Below the pieces are notes generated by a model that saw only the letters and a program-made list of their open reading frames with translations, was not told where the DNA came from and ran no database searches. This document shows, in pieces, positions 12,819 through 24,658 of a stretch of DNA of 64,000 bases. A program made the translations under genes and the position numbers. The stretch's first letter is position 1; every line of letters starts with the position of its first letter. Origin of the DNA: Sphyrna mokarran (taxonomy: Eukaryota); assembly GCA_024679065.1 (NCBI GenBank), contig JAGIQG010000002.1, forward strand, positions 96,038,001 through 96,102,000, given 5' to 3'.

Positions 12819-13008
12819 CCCCGAGTCCTCGTTCACCCTCGTCTGCCCACCCACGAGCACAGTACACACAGGGGAAGAAAAGAATCCATCATAGCAAACT
12901 CCAAATTGCAGAACTCTTTCGAGAGCTTTTGAGGACACTTGCTTGTTGACGCTTGAATACCATAACAACAAAAAAAATTCCGCAAAACTGGGGCTAGCAG
13001 AACAACAG
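12819..13008 (+). pseudogene. HoxA14: HoxA14 pseudogene, exon 2 (homeobox helices 1-2, split homeobox)
   Basis: An acceptor ATTTTCAG (AG 12817-18) lies in phase 1, like the other Hox introns here. The exon reads ..QGKKRIHHSKLQIAEL, then a frameshift at 12917-21, then RAFEDTCLLTLEYHNNKKNSAKLGLAEQQ followed by GTAAAG. This matches the paralogue-14 pattern QRKKRIPYSKxQIxELExAFExNRFLTPExRxNISxKLGLTERQ, with the PG14-type intron before VKIWFQ. Confidence 0.88.
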
Positions 13009-13075
13009 GTAAAGGCTAGGATATTCAAAATGAAAAGAAGTTTCTGACGGGTGCAGATATAAGCATTTTCACTGG

Positions 13076-13134
13076 ATGGACATAAATGATTTCAAGATCA
13101 GTATCAACAACAATGAAGGCCCATTCGCCGCTAG
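13076..13134 (+). pseudogene. HoxA14: HoxA14 pseudogene, candidate exon 3 remnant (helix 3)
   Basis: 13087-13134 reads *FQDQYQQQ*RPIRR*, compared with PG14 WFQNQRQKEKKLL. Most codons differ by about 1 nt (TGG>TGA, AAT>GAT, AAA>CAA, GAA>CAA). No intact AG acceptor lies immediately upstream. Confidence 0.5.
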
Positions 13135-16100
13135 CAAACTGGAATAAATAACTTAACAGAGCTACAAACAGACCCTTATGATTAAATTATCTTTACATGT
13201 AAATATTTCTGACAAATGATTACAAATCGTTCTAAAACGAAGAAATGACGTGTATTGGGGCTTTGAAGCCGGGACTGTGTAAACATTCTTTTGTGTAAGA
13301 CAACGTTGTCTCATAACACCCATTGGTTTTAAATATTTGAAATAAGAGTCAAATTTTGAATTGAATCTTAAATTTGCAAGTTTCTAAGTTCATCATTGAA
13401 AGTTTCCCTTTTTTTTCCAGTTGATCTCTTGGAATATGTTAAAAGAGTTTTGATGAAAAGTGATTGGTTTTTCTAGTCTTTTCCAAATATCTCACTAGTA
13501 ATCTCATAATCTTTTTTATATTGTCGATGATAAGCATATTGCAACACTTTCATGAACAATTTTTGCAATGCACTTGACTTCATGCATTTTTGTCTTTTGC
13601 AACAATAGCATAACAAATATACACATGTACTGTGCATAAGAATGGTGATAGAAACGAAAGTGTAAACACTCACGCCAAAATGAAGAATCTAGTCAAATCC
13701 GTAACAACAATTCAATGAAGTTATTTACTATAATTCAAGTACAGTACATTGTTCTTTAATTGTATTTGATAATAGAACATACACAATTTTATTTGGATGA
13801 TGTGCTGACATTTGTAAATGTGAGAGACGACGTTTGTTCGTCTTTTAGTATATTTCCTGTAGGTTTGTGTCATTGACCAATGAAGCCAATGCAATATATA
13901 TGCAAAGTAATTGTATTATCACTGTATTCTGAAACGGTTTGACAATTCACGTGATATGGGCACATATGAAATATTGATAGAGTCAGCTATGATATCCAAT
14001 TCTTATAGGTACACATTGCTCCTCAAGGGTATATGTTATCCTTACAAAGTCTGTCTTACACTGTTGCTCAATGGTATGGGTCAGGAGGCAGAATTCACAA
14101 TGGGGTACTCTAGATGTGCCAAAATTAAGAGATAAAATAAAAGCCATATACTATCTGTAGTGTAAATACGTTTACAGATGTGTATGTTGTGATACTGCAA
14201 GTTGAGTAGCTCATGGGAAGAGGGGATGATTAATCATTTTGCTAGATCTCAGTCGGGCTTCAGGGTAGAATTTCACAATATTTCAGGAAAATGACATGGG
14301 ATGCTTGACAGGGCATATTGATTCATTGGTTTGTGGGATACTATCGTTAATCTAATAAAGGTACAACATTTCCAAATTTGACTGGTACAATGGTGAACAT
14401 GCTGCCATTTGACTATTTTAGGAAAATGGTTATTGCAATAATAAAGTGCTTTATTTTGATTAATTTGGTTATGGCCTAAAAATAATTCTAACATAAGAAA
14501 TGGATCTGCAAAAGAATAACATAAGAATATATAGCTTCTTTGTCGGTTCTGTTTAAGCTATTGTTTTACATTTTAACCTGTAGCAGGCAAGGTTTGAATG
14601 AAGGAGAGCTGATGTTGAAATATGAGTGGTATTACTAATGATATGGCCCGTATGGTAGGAAATCAAAAATCAAAACGGCATTCATTAAATTGTTTATTAA
14701 AATTAGTCATTAAATTGTTACATAGTATTTACATTGGTAAATATTAATTGACAAATGAAGGGACAACTAAGGAAAGAATGAAATGCATGAATAAAATAAC
14801 CGGCTTAAACACATTTCCTGGAATATGTGTAGTTTATTTCCTTTTCAAACGTATTAGGCTAGCAATCATACAAAATTAGTCAACAAATTTGAAGATAAGT
14901 GCAATATAAAACTAAGCAACATTTCCGCTAAGGATTCTGGAAGCATTTTGACGTTAAGTAGCAATTGTATTTAAGGAAGTTCAGTTCTTTGACTCTATGG
15001 TCCAAACTTATAACGGCCTCAACATAATATTTGATTTGTAAGGTGTCTTTGGACGAAAGTATAGGAAAAGTTCAAGTTTTAACAGTTATACGGTTAATGC
15101 GCCGTTTCTAAGTTTTAATTACAATTTTATGATAAACTTTTTAAAAAGAGTATTGCTCTAATGAGTCAGAATTAATAATATATTCGAGGATACTCCATTA
15201 GACTAACATGCAAATCTCCATTCATAACGAAAAATTTGGAGGATTAAAAGACATAAGCTTCCTAGACCACGTAAATCGGATCCACTTGGTGAAAATGACA
15301 AATCAGGATCTCGGTGATTCCATAAGCCAGTACATTTTAACCCTATAATGATGCACATAAATGAATCAAAATACAAATTCTCTTTTACTGAAGAATAACT
15401 CTGGACAGGTTTTAGGCAGCATCAAATTAGGCATCAATATATACAATCGTGCATTTATCTCACTCAACGTGTTTGCAGGTTTATTCCAGCCACCGTTTTA
15501 ATTCCAGACACACAAACGCGCACCTATACGATATTTATCAGAAATTCTAGCCTGGCAGAATAATCGCAACTAGACTGGTCGACTACTTCAGCATGGATGT
15601 TCTGTAGTATATTTCAACGCATTTATATTTATATATAGGACTTCACTGAACGAAATAGCAGACAATAATAATTTTAAGAATGATTTATTTGTGTTATCGT
15701 ACTGCAGATCATGAGCACATCCGGAATATTGGCGTACAGTACCTTTCTGGACAAATACTCCTTATTGGTGATGTCCTGATCTGTACGTAGTTTGAAACCA
15801 TTTCTTGGAGATAACACTTTGCTTCACATCATGTCCCTCAGTACTTTAGCGTAATATGATCCTGGACAGAATACCCCTACCTTTTCCAGTGATATTGACG
15901 GGCCGCCAGTGCAAACAGTCAGTTCAAAACAAGAGGTTTTGTAAACAGTGCATTTAAACCGGATGCAATGCTATATAATTTGCAATGTATCTTAAAACGA
16001 CTGCATCCATTTCACATCCTTTTGCCAGCCATGCAGAAAGAGCTGGAAATGAAGACGGTACGGTCAGTGCAACCTTTTTTTTCATTTGGGGGGCTGAGTG

Positions 16101-16225
16101 GAAAACAAAAGAAAACAAACAAAACGGCAATGAAAAAGTCAATTCTCACGGCTTGCCTTTATAAGAATTCAGACAGGGTCGTCAACGCGTGAATGACAGC
16201 ACTCACATTGGCTAGACTGCAACTT

Positions 16226-16243
16226 TCAACTTGACCTTGGCCT
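16226..16243 (-). promoter_or_regulatory. Tandem nuclear-receptor half-sites (DR0 array) about 3 kb upstream of HoxA13
   Basis: TCAACT-TGACCT-TGGCCT reads AGGCCA AGGTCA AGTTGA on the - strand. It is flanked by ATTGG (16207) and a YY1-like GCTGCCATTTT (~16288). Confidence 0.5.
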
Positions 16244-19169
16244 TTAGCCGTGTCTAACCCGTATGTAAAAGAGCTGCCCATTTGGTTGCTGCCATTTTGT
16301 AGTATAATCCGCAATGTGGCCGTTTAAATATGAAACGGTTTGTATTTGTAAAGCACATACCATAGCACAAGACTTTTTTTTGGAACTGGAAGGCGCTAGA
16401 GGTTCTACCTAGCACTTAAGTATGCAGCCGAATGTTTGTTTCAATTAACCATGTACTTTGTTGGGGGGAGGGGCAAGGTTCTCTTAATTTAAGAATGGGG
16501 AATTACATGCGATATGGGTTGAGTGAGGTTCAAGTGTATTTGAAATTGAAACGTAATCCAAAACAATACAGCCGGTGATCTTTTTTTCCGTATTTAATCC
16601 GGTCATGAGGCGGGGGGAGGGGAAAGGGGAGCACATATTTAAATGTAAAGCCTCTTTGATGTGTATTGTGAGACTAACATTGCGGACGCGGTCTTAACGA
16701 TTAACATGGGAGAATTACGTGAAAAAAATGCTCGCCTTCAAAATACTGACTCACCAAAACAAGCTCTAATAAAACCATATGTTTGTAATACAGGGGGAAA
16801 AAATCAAGCTACACCACTTATATTAGATTCTCATAAGGAGAACCAGCTAATAATCACGCGAAGAAAGCGATTCAATGTCAGGCAGTGACAGATACACTGG
16901 GATATCAATGATGTTATCACATAATCAGCACTGAAGTATAAACTGCAAGAATATTCACCGTGATGGAGGTAAAGGAGTATTCGCTAAAGGTACATTGAGA
17001 AAACAAAAGTAACAAGATTCCCGATTCGGTTCGTCAGAATTTCGCTCCAGTCTTTCATGTTGTGAAATTACCTCGATATCATTGCAGAATTAGAATCCAG
17101 ATAATGGCGAACACTTTGGGTTCCAAAGGAACGGTAATGTGGGGAATATTATAAACGGTGGGGAGACGTTTTAATCTCGTTATTTCATGGCACCTTATTC
17201 GGCGGAGAATGCTTATATTCCAAATAATTGGGATTCAACGTCTCTGCCTCAATAACGGTGATCAGTGGCCGCATGGAACCAACAGCTCCTAAATCACAAA
17301 GGCTGATATCCCTTCTCATTTCTAAAACAAGTCTAAAGGAATGTTGTGTAGCTTTTTCTCATGCGGTTGTGTGATTCCAGCATTAGAATCCTGTAAGAAA
17401 TATAGAAAAGTTGAAATAATAGAAGGGGCGAGAAAAAACAGATAGGAAGGAGAGAGTTAAAGAGAGAAAATAAATTGCAAAGAATAAAAAAGGAGTATTT
17501 AATTGTAAAATGATTACCCTAAACAGCTGCATCGCTGGAGTATTGGGCCATGTTCCAGAAAGAAACAGGACAAGCAACTTTGGCGAAACACGCTTGACGA
17601 ATTCGCCTGATGCGAAATGCTTTGTATTCCACTTAGTACAGTACCTGATATATAATTATGTGGCTGAAATTGCATTAAAAATCACCCTTTGTGACGACCT
17701 ATGCTAACCGAATAATAACGGTTGCACTTCTGAGTTTTTAATGCATTTTCACTAGCTACCATTCCTCATCATGTAATATATGACAGAAGGAAGACCGTTT
17801 ATCCCCACACTTTTCGCCAAATTGCAGCAAATTAATTTCAAATGCATTTATAACATGGTTGATATTTATCTATCAAATAACACTTTTAATAATGTGCCAC
17901 ATATTATAAGACAAATCATATTTATGGATTTTAGCACATTTAACAATGTGCTAGATATTGTTAAATAATTCACATTTCATCCATTTTCCATAGATTTAAT
18001 TGTGCCAGGTACTCATAAAACACATGCACTGATATTTCAATGTGAAGTCCAGTTATGTGAATTATGGTGCTGCTGAATGAACACACATTCTGTAGCAAGC
18101 AAGCTAACACGAATCGGCTGCATTAGCGGGGGTAGTATGAGGACTGACATTTATTTAAATACTTTTGTATCACGGCTGGCAAACGGCAAACAAGGAATTA
18201 ATGGATATCCTTATCTGTCTTATAAATGTCCTTTGATCTGAATATTTATATTCTTGTGGCTGGCAAGAAATGATGCACTTATTATAACAAGTAAACATGA
18301 ATTGGTCAATGCGGAGAGAAATTCAAACTGTAACTTCATTGTTCAATAAGTTGAATTCGGAAACGTAGAGTGATGTATTTTAATAAACTTTATTCTGGTG
18401 TTTAGCTTAATGACAAATTTTATACCTAGGGTGAAAGGATGTATTCTCTCAAATATCTTGCGGATTAAGAAATCAAGGCTCTGACTGTTCTTCGCATTAT
18501 TGCTATTTGCTCTAACGAGTTATGTCATGAAGCAATAGAAAGGTCATACAGATGTTTCCTTCTCACTATAAAATTCTGCTGCTACCTATTTCTTCAAATG
18601 TTATTTTCTTATTGGTTTAAAGCACCTTGAGGTTTTATTTATGAAGGTAAATGCAGAGAAGGGATCCGGGAAAAGTATCGTTTCAGCCCCTCTAACATCA
18701 GGTGTTGCTGAAACGACAATTCTTTCAGAAGAAAGTGCGATTTCATTGATCAGAGATGCAAATTGTCAAACAAGATGAATTGTGCAAACGCCTGTGCAAA
18801 AGTAACCTCAAACGGAGGCATTATGATTAGCTCGAATCTACAGTCAACCAAATTTCAAACATTTTAATGACACGGCCTTTAATTGTGCGAATTGTTCCGT
18901 TTGATATATGCAGAAGCCAACGGTTTTCGCTTTGTCTTGTTTTGTGTACATGCAAAATATTGCCTTTTGCAGTCTGGCCATGCGTTTTCATTTACCGCCA
19001 GCACTCAGACACCCACACACAGCTCGGATATTTTGTGCTTCCCGTGGTACTTTATTTTAGTAAATGTATTTTATTCCAACCATTCATTCACGTAAATACC
19101 CAAACGTTGCTTTATTAAACTAATGGAGTATCTACCTTTTTATTCTTCATGTATTTATCATCTACTTTG

Positions 19170-19290
19170 CATATCACATGGGCATCTAGCAGCCAATGAG
19201 GAGGCAGGCTCCGGCGACACTGGCGCGTCAATGCTGCTAAGTCTGAGAGATTCAGTATCTCTTTTCAGTCTTAGGGGCTTTTAAAACGGC
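19170..19290 (+). promoter_or_regulatory. HoxA13 proximal promoter
   Basis: E-box CACATG (19175-80), CCAAT (19193-97), a CpG-containing segment and GCTTTTAAAAC lie just upstream of the ATG. Confidence 0.65.
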
Positions 19291-19315
19291 CACTAGTCTC
19301 AATGGTGGACGTGAT

Positions 19316-19964
19316 ATGACAGCGTCCGTGATACTTCATCCCCGCTGGATCGACACGGTGATGTTCGTCTACGATAATAGCTTGGATGAAATTAATAAAA
19401 ACATGGATGGATTTTCAGGAGGGAACTTCACAGCGAACCAATGCAGGAATCTGATGGCTCATCCAGCATCCCTAGCCCCCAGCTCAGCCTACTCGTCGAG
19501 TGAAGTGCCAGCCTCTGGCATTGCTGAACCTGTCAAACAGTGTAGTCCTTGTCCTGCTGCTCAAACTTCGTCCAGTGCTGCCCTTCCTTATGGATACTTT
19601 GGGAGCAGTTACTACCCCTGCCGAATGAGCCACCACAGCAGCATCAAGTCCTGTGCGCAGCCCTCCACCTTGTCTGCCTATCCAGCCGACAAATACATGG
19701 ACACGTCCGCCGGCGAGGAATTCACCTCAAGGGCTAAGGAGTTCGCTTTCTATCAAGGTTACGCGGGGCCATACCAACCGATGCCCAGCTACTTGGACGT
19801 ACCTGTGGTTCCTACCATCAGCGCTCCGGGGGAACCGAGACATGAGACATTATTACCCATGGAGAGCTACCAGCCCTGGGCAATTACCAATGGGTGGAAC
19901 GGTCAAGTCTGCTGCTCGAAAGAGCAGCCCCAAGCTACCCACCTCTGGAAATCAAGCCTGCCAG
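19316..19964 (+). CDS. HoxA13: Homeobox protein HoxA13, exon 1
   Basis: [68 protein letters not shown]. Phase-1 donor G|GTAAGT at 19965. Confidence 0.98.
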
Positions 19965-20396
19965 GTAAGTACAGATAAACACAAAAGTCTTCCAGTCAGC
20001 ACGAGAAAGTAGTACAATGAAAGGGACAAAGCATTCTGGTGTGTAAATACATACGGGTATCGGAGATAATATATAACAGAGATTATCATTAAGAAATGCT
20101 TTGCGTAATTCCCCAACAGCAGAACTGCTATGTTAACACAAACTTTAATGTATAGTGTACTATCTAAATATTATTTTGCAGGATTTTTCACAATCACTTC
20201 TCGATTCTCGCACATTTTTTTCAAAATTATAATTTCTGCTATATAAATTTATTTGCCAAAAGTGCAGTCGACATAATATCCCCATGGCGCAATCTTGTAC
20301 TTGACTCCGGCGACAGTCACCGTGTTTGAAGCCGATGGCCAGTGCTCAATGCCATGGATAATAAGGTGTGTGTGTTTTTTCCCCCTTTCTTCACAG

Positions 20397-20641
20397 ACGT
20401 CGTTTCGCATCCTTCAGACGCGAGCTCTTTCCGGCGAGGAAGAAAGAAAAGGGTGCCTTACACCAAAGTGCAGTTGAAAGAACTTGAGCGGGAATATGCC
20501 ACCAATAAATTTATCACCAAGGACAAACGAAGGAGGATATCGGCATCCACAAACCTCTCTGAGAGACAAGTCACTATTTGGTTTCAAAATAGAAGAGTCA
20601 AAGAAAAGAAAGTTCTGACTAAGCTGAAAAGTAACAGCTAG
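20397..20641 (+). CDS. HoxA13: Homeobox protein HoxA13, exon 2 (297 aa spliced product)
   Basis: Acceptor TTCACAG| followed by [72 protein letters not shown]. The exons total 649+245=894 nt and stay in frame. Confidence 0.98.
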
Positions 20642-22172
20642 TGCGACAATCCCAGAAACATGCGGACTTCATCTGAAAAAAATTAAAAATTAACTGATCT
20701 CAGCCTGAAGAAAAAAAACCCAACCACAGTTCATTTTCTTGATGCTAGATTTGTGTTTTTCCTTTCTGCCTGCTCATTGCTTTCCCTTTTGAAAAATAAT
20801 ACAGAAACACGCCAGTAAATTTCTCGGAGAGAGACATTGTATAAAGATTATGTTAAAGCAAGTTAAGGTTCAGCAGAAGTAAATCAAACCCAATAATAAA
20901 AATTTAGAAGGTTGCAATTTTGTAATGTAGAAAACAATGCGAGGTAGATTGTTTACTGCATAAAAATGTGTCCTTCAGAGGAATAAATGTTCCCATTTGA
21001 TTTATGCAGTAACCTTCACACAGGAGTCATTTAAGCACCTAAAGAAAATGTGTATTGCTGGAAAAGGTTCTGGCTAGCAAAAAGCTAGAGTGCATGATCA
21101 ATTTTTTTCCTCAGGTAAACTATGGGATATATCGTGAAATGTATAATAAAATGTATGTTTACGCACTACATTTTCTTTGGATGGGATGCGCTATCTCTAA
21201 AGATATTAATGTACAGGTAGAAAGAAGATTATATTCTAAATAGCAATGTATATGGGAAAGTAAATGCGTACTATTCTAGCATTCTACATTTCGTCTTCTG
21301 TATATATTTAGGAGCATCCACGTTCTCGTAATTAAATAGCAGAGTAGATTGCCATTTTCTACAGAGCGGAAGAAAGATCTGTCTGCAAACATGGAACCCA
21401 CCCCCTCCCGTGTAAATGAACTAAATATGAAGTCTTCTGTCTGCCTGTTATATTATCCACTTAACATAGCATTAGTCTTCACGCAGACTTAAGGCGCACA
21501 AGCTTTCTTCCTAAAGATGATAACATCTGCGTGCAATTGTATTTTTTTTAAACACTGCATTATTATATCTGCATGCACTCTCCTGCTTAGTTAATATATA
21601 CCAATAATAGTTAAAAAAAATAAATCACGAATGATAATCATGAAATTAAAATGTCTTGCATTATTATGCAGCTGTTTAATTTGTATAACCTATTGTCTTT
21701 TTCATCTAGTGAATTACTTGCATTACAACAAATTATTTCACGAATAAAAGATATTCATAAACAACAACGTCTTTTTTTTGTTAAGTAACATGACACCAGC
21801 TAACAGCTTTTATAACAAAATGTAAAGAAATATGTACGGGCCAGCTAGATTTATTCTTGATGTCAACCAGGCCGTTGGTGTAGACATTTAAAATACATTG
21901 AAATCATGCTTTCGTACTGAAGTTTTAGAAATAATCAAAGCAGAATTGCTGTGAGCTAAAGATAGTCGAGAATATTCCCTGCTGCTTTTTAATCGAACCC
22001 AGTAAACGTATCACGATAATTATTACAAAATCGGTTTTTGGAAGTGGATCCTTAAGTTTATATAGGATATGCTGAAAGTTTAAAGGCAATAAATTAGTCT
22101 CCATATTCTGATTGGAAATATAAGCTCTCTCTTTGGTTTTAATATGGAGGCAGGGCGTTAGGAGGGGGGCTT

Positions 22173-22216
22173 AAACCTTGACCTTGACGAAAACAGATAG
22201 TCTTTGACCTTGACTA
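22173..22216 (-). promoter_or_regulatory. Two TCAAGGTCA / DR0-type nuclear-receptor elements 3' of HoxA13
   Basis: AAACCT-TGACCT-TGACGA (22173-90) and TGACCT-TGACTA (22205-16). Confidence 0.5.
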
Positions 22217-22257
22217 TTAACAGCTCATGAATAGTCATGAAGTGGATTGGTAGAGCA

Positions 22258-22276
22258 AGTGCGCCATCTACTGTTA
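22258..22276 (-). promoter_or_regulatory. CTCF motif between HoxA13 and HoxA11
   Basis: The - strand reads TAACAGTAGATGGCGCACT, matching the CTCF core CCASYAGRKGGCRS with one mismatch. Confidence 0.65.
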
Positions 22277-24632
22277 AATCGGAGGATACCCGTTTCTACA
22301 GGCTTTGAGCAAGCAAACAAACAATTATTTCAACAATAAAAGAGCAAAGGGTGAACTAGGACTGTCAGATGTAGGTCAGTAACACGAATAATTAATTGTG
22401 CATTGCTCAAATGCAAAAAAGCAACGAGACAATTTATTTAAGAATTTCAACAGCTCGTCAGGAATTATTTGCTTATTATAAATAATAAAACCTACAAAAA
22501 CAACAACCAACTTCAGGTATTACACTAGGATTACAAGCGCTGTGTAGAATCAAAATAAAGAGCTATGGTAACGTGATTTGTAGATTAATATTAGCGGCTG
22601 GTTTAAATTTCAATTAAATTTCTAAGATAGCTAACAAAGGGGCAATCAAACTGATCAGATAAAGTTGACATAGCTTTGTTTTAATGATATGTGATATATT
22701 TAATGATATATTTGATCAGCCTATAACGTGCTCGTCCACATTTACTTTTGCATCACTCTATCTCAGTGCCTCTCTGTATAGTGTCTATGTGCTCTTATTT
22801 ATTTGTTGGTCAAGTTTATCCACTCACAATCAGACTCGTATACACTTTCCTGATCATGTAATTAAATATTTCAATGTGCAATTTCACAAAACTAAAATAG
22901 TTGCTTATCTCTGCTTTTTCGTGCTAGAGGTATTAATGACATTTTGCAAGAAATAACCGGAGATTTTAAGAATTGTTCTCAGCTGTTTAAAAAGTATACA
23001 GTCTACATCATCTCAAATTTAACGTGTGGTTAACTGAATGTGAAATTCCACAAGGTTTTTTTCGAAGGTAGAAACGTGCCTCTATCTGCATTTGTGTCTT
23101 TGCATCAACCAAACATTTATTTAAAAATACCTAATTGCAGATGAATTTCATAGACATAAAAATAGTATTGTTTGAAACGTGAATATTATAGAACTGTGAT
23201 CTTTGCACTTTTTTTGCGTCCAACCTAAGTAGGCTTGCTTATGTAAACAGTACATTTTTCTTCCATCTCTTTCTAATCAATGTTAAGTGTGCAATGCACA
23301 TTCCAAAGCAATTTATTTATTTTCACTTGTGTCCTTACTTAACACAGCCCGAGCCGCAACCCTGGAAATGTCCATCTGAAAAGTGAAAGCTGATTTGTCA
23401 AAATGTTATGGGATTAAAGAATTCTACATTCATCACATGACACATTCGAGCCAATCACGCCATCCTCTTGTAAAATCCGTTGCAATATTTGTTGGAAAGT
23501 ACTTGAGGAGAACCACCCACATTCTCTCTGATCAAGGCAGGTCCAGTGATACAATATCGTTGTTTTTTAGATGCTCCGAGTTGAAGTATGTGGAAGATGT
23601 CTATTTACACGGAAATGGAAGAAAAATAGTTAATCAGCGTCTATTAGTTAGGTGTAACTATTGTTGATTGGTTTTATAGATGGATCATCAATGCTTTCCA
23701 AACAACTTAGTCAAGTACTGAATCTTCTTTCAGCGTGTTCTTTTTTTGTCGTTCTTGGGCTTTAAGTAAAATAAGCTAAAGCTAAAAGACGAGAATGAGC
23801 AGTCAATGACACATCTCTGATTACGTGGAACATTTCGTGTTATTAATTTATCTCAAAATAACGTTTCACGTAGAATTAATTAAATTGTTAGTATTACTCT
23901 TATGGTATAAGCACAGCAAAACAGAAAATGCAATCAATTGGAACAGACGTTCTGGAATATAATCATTCAGCTTCCTACCCTGCCAGTCGCTCTGTGCCAA
24001 TGCATTCATCCTGAACTGTGAATGTCTATTTACAGTAAATACATGTACCTTTTATGAGTACAGTGGCGATCACGAGCGATTAAACTAGTTTATTGTAAAA
24101 ACAATAATGCATTTGGATCATTGAATTTGCGCTGCAGATACCCTCGATAATGGTCTCCTGTGCAGTCCTCGTGGAGAAGCTTACACATGTCACTTCAGAG
24201 TGCCATAAAACTATAACATTGCGATAGAGATACACGAAACGAAACGTTATTAAACGAACTTTAAAAGGCTTTATGCGCTGAATCATCTATAATTATAGCA
24301 TCGCCTATTATATGTTGATGTATTCATCAACATTGGAAAACGAAACAAAGAAGTCATTGTCGAGAACTGAAGGCTTATTAAGACCAGGATATGTTTTCAG
24401 TTTGCTGGTATTTTCATTTTGCTGGTGTAAACTTCGCTCCTTTAGGGGGAAACGAAATGCAAAAACATGTGCTTTTGTTTCTAGTAAATTAAGTTGGAGT
24501 CATTGTTGAATTTGCAGTCGATGTGTTTATTGATCTTGATAAAAAAAATAGTTTATTTGATTTATTTTGTTCTTTTTTAAATGCGGCTCAGCCACACTAT
24601 CATTTCTGAGGTCATACATCACTCAATGAAGG

Positions 24633-24658
24633 ATATATATATATATATATATATATAT
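24633..24658. repeat. (AT)n microsatellite
   Basis: Perfect AT dinucleotide run of about 13 units. Confidence 0.95.

Noticed and set aside
24340-24480. Possible HoxA12 homeobox relic (TKQ..REL, and CTG GTG TAA ACT TCG CTC resembling QVKIWF)
   Set aside because: The distance from EL to the Q is 58 nt instead of the 87 nt required, and the matches are short enough to be chance. It is worth revisiting only if the 23.4 kb element proves to be Hox12-derived.
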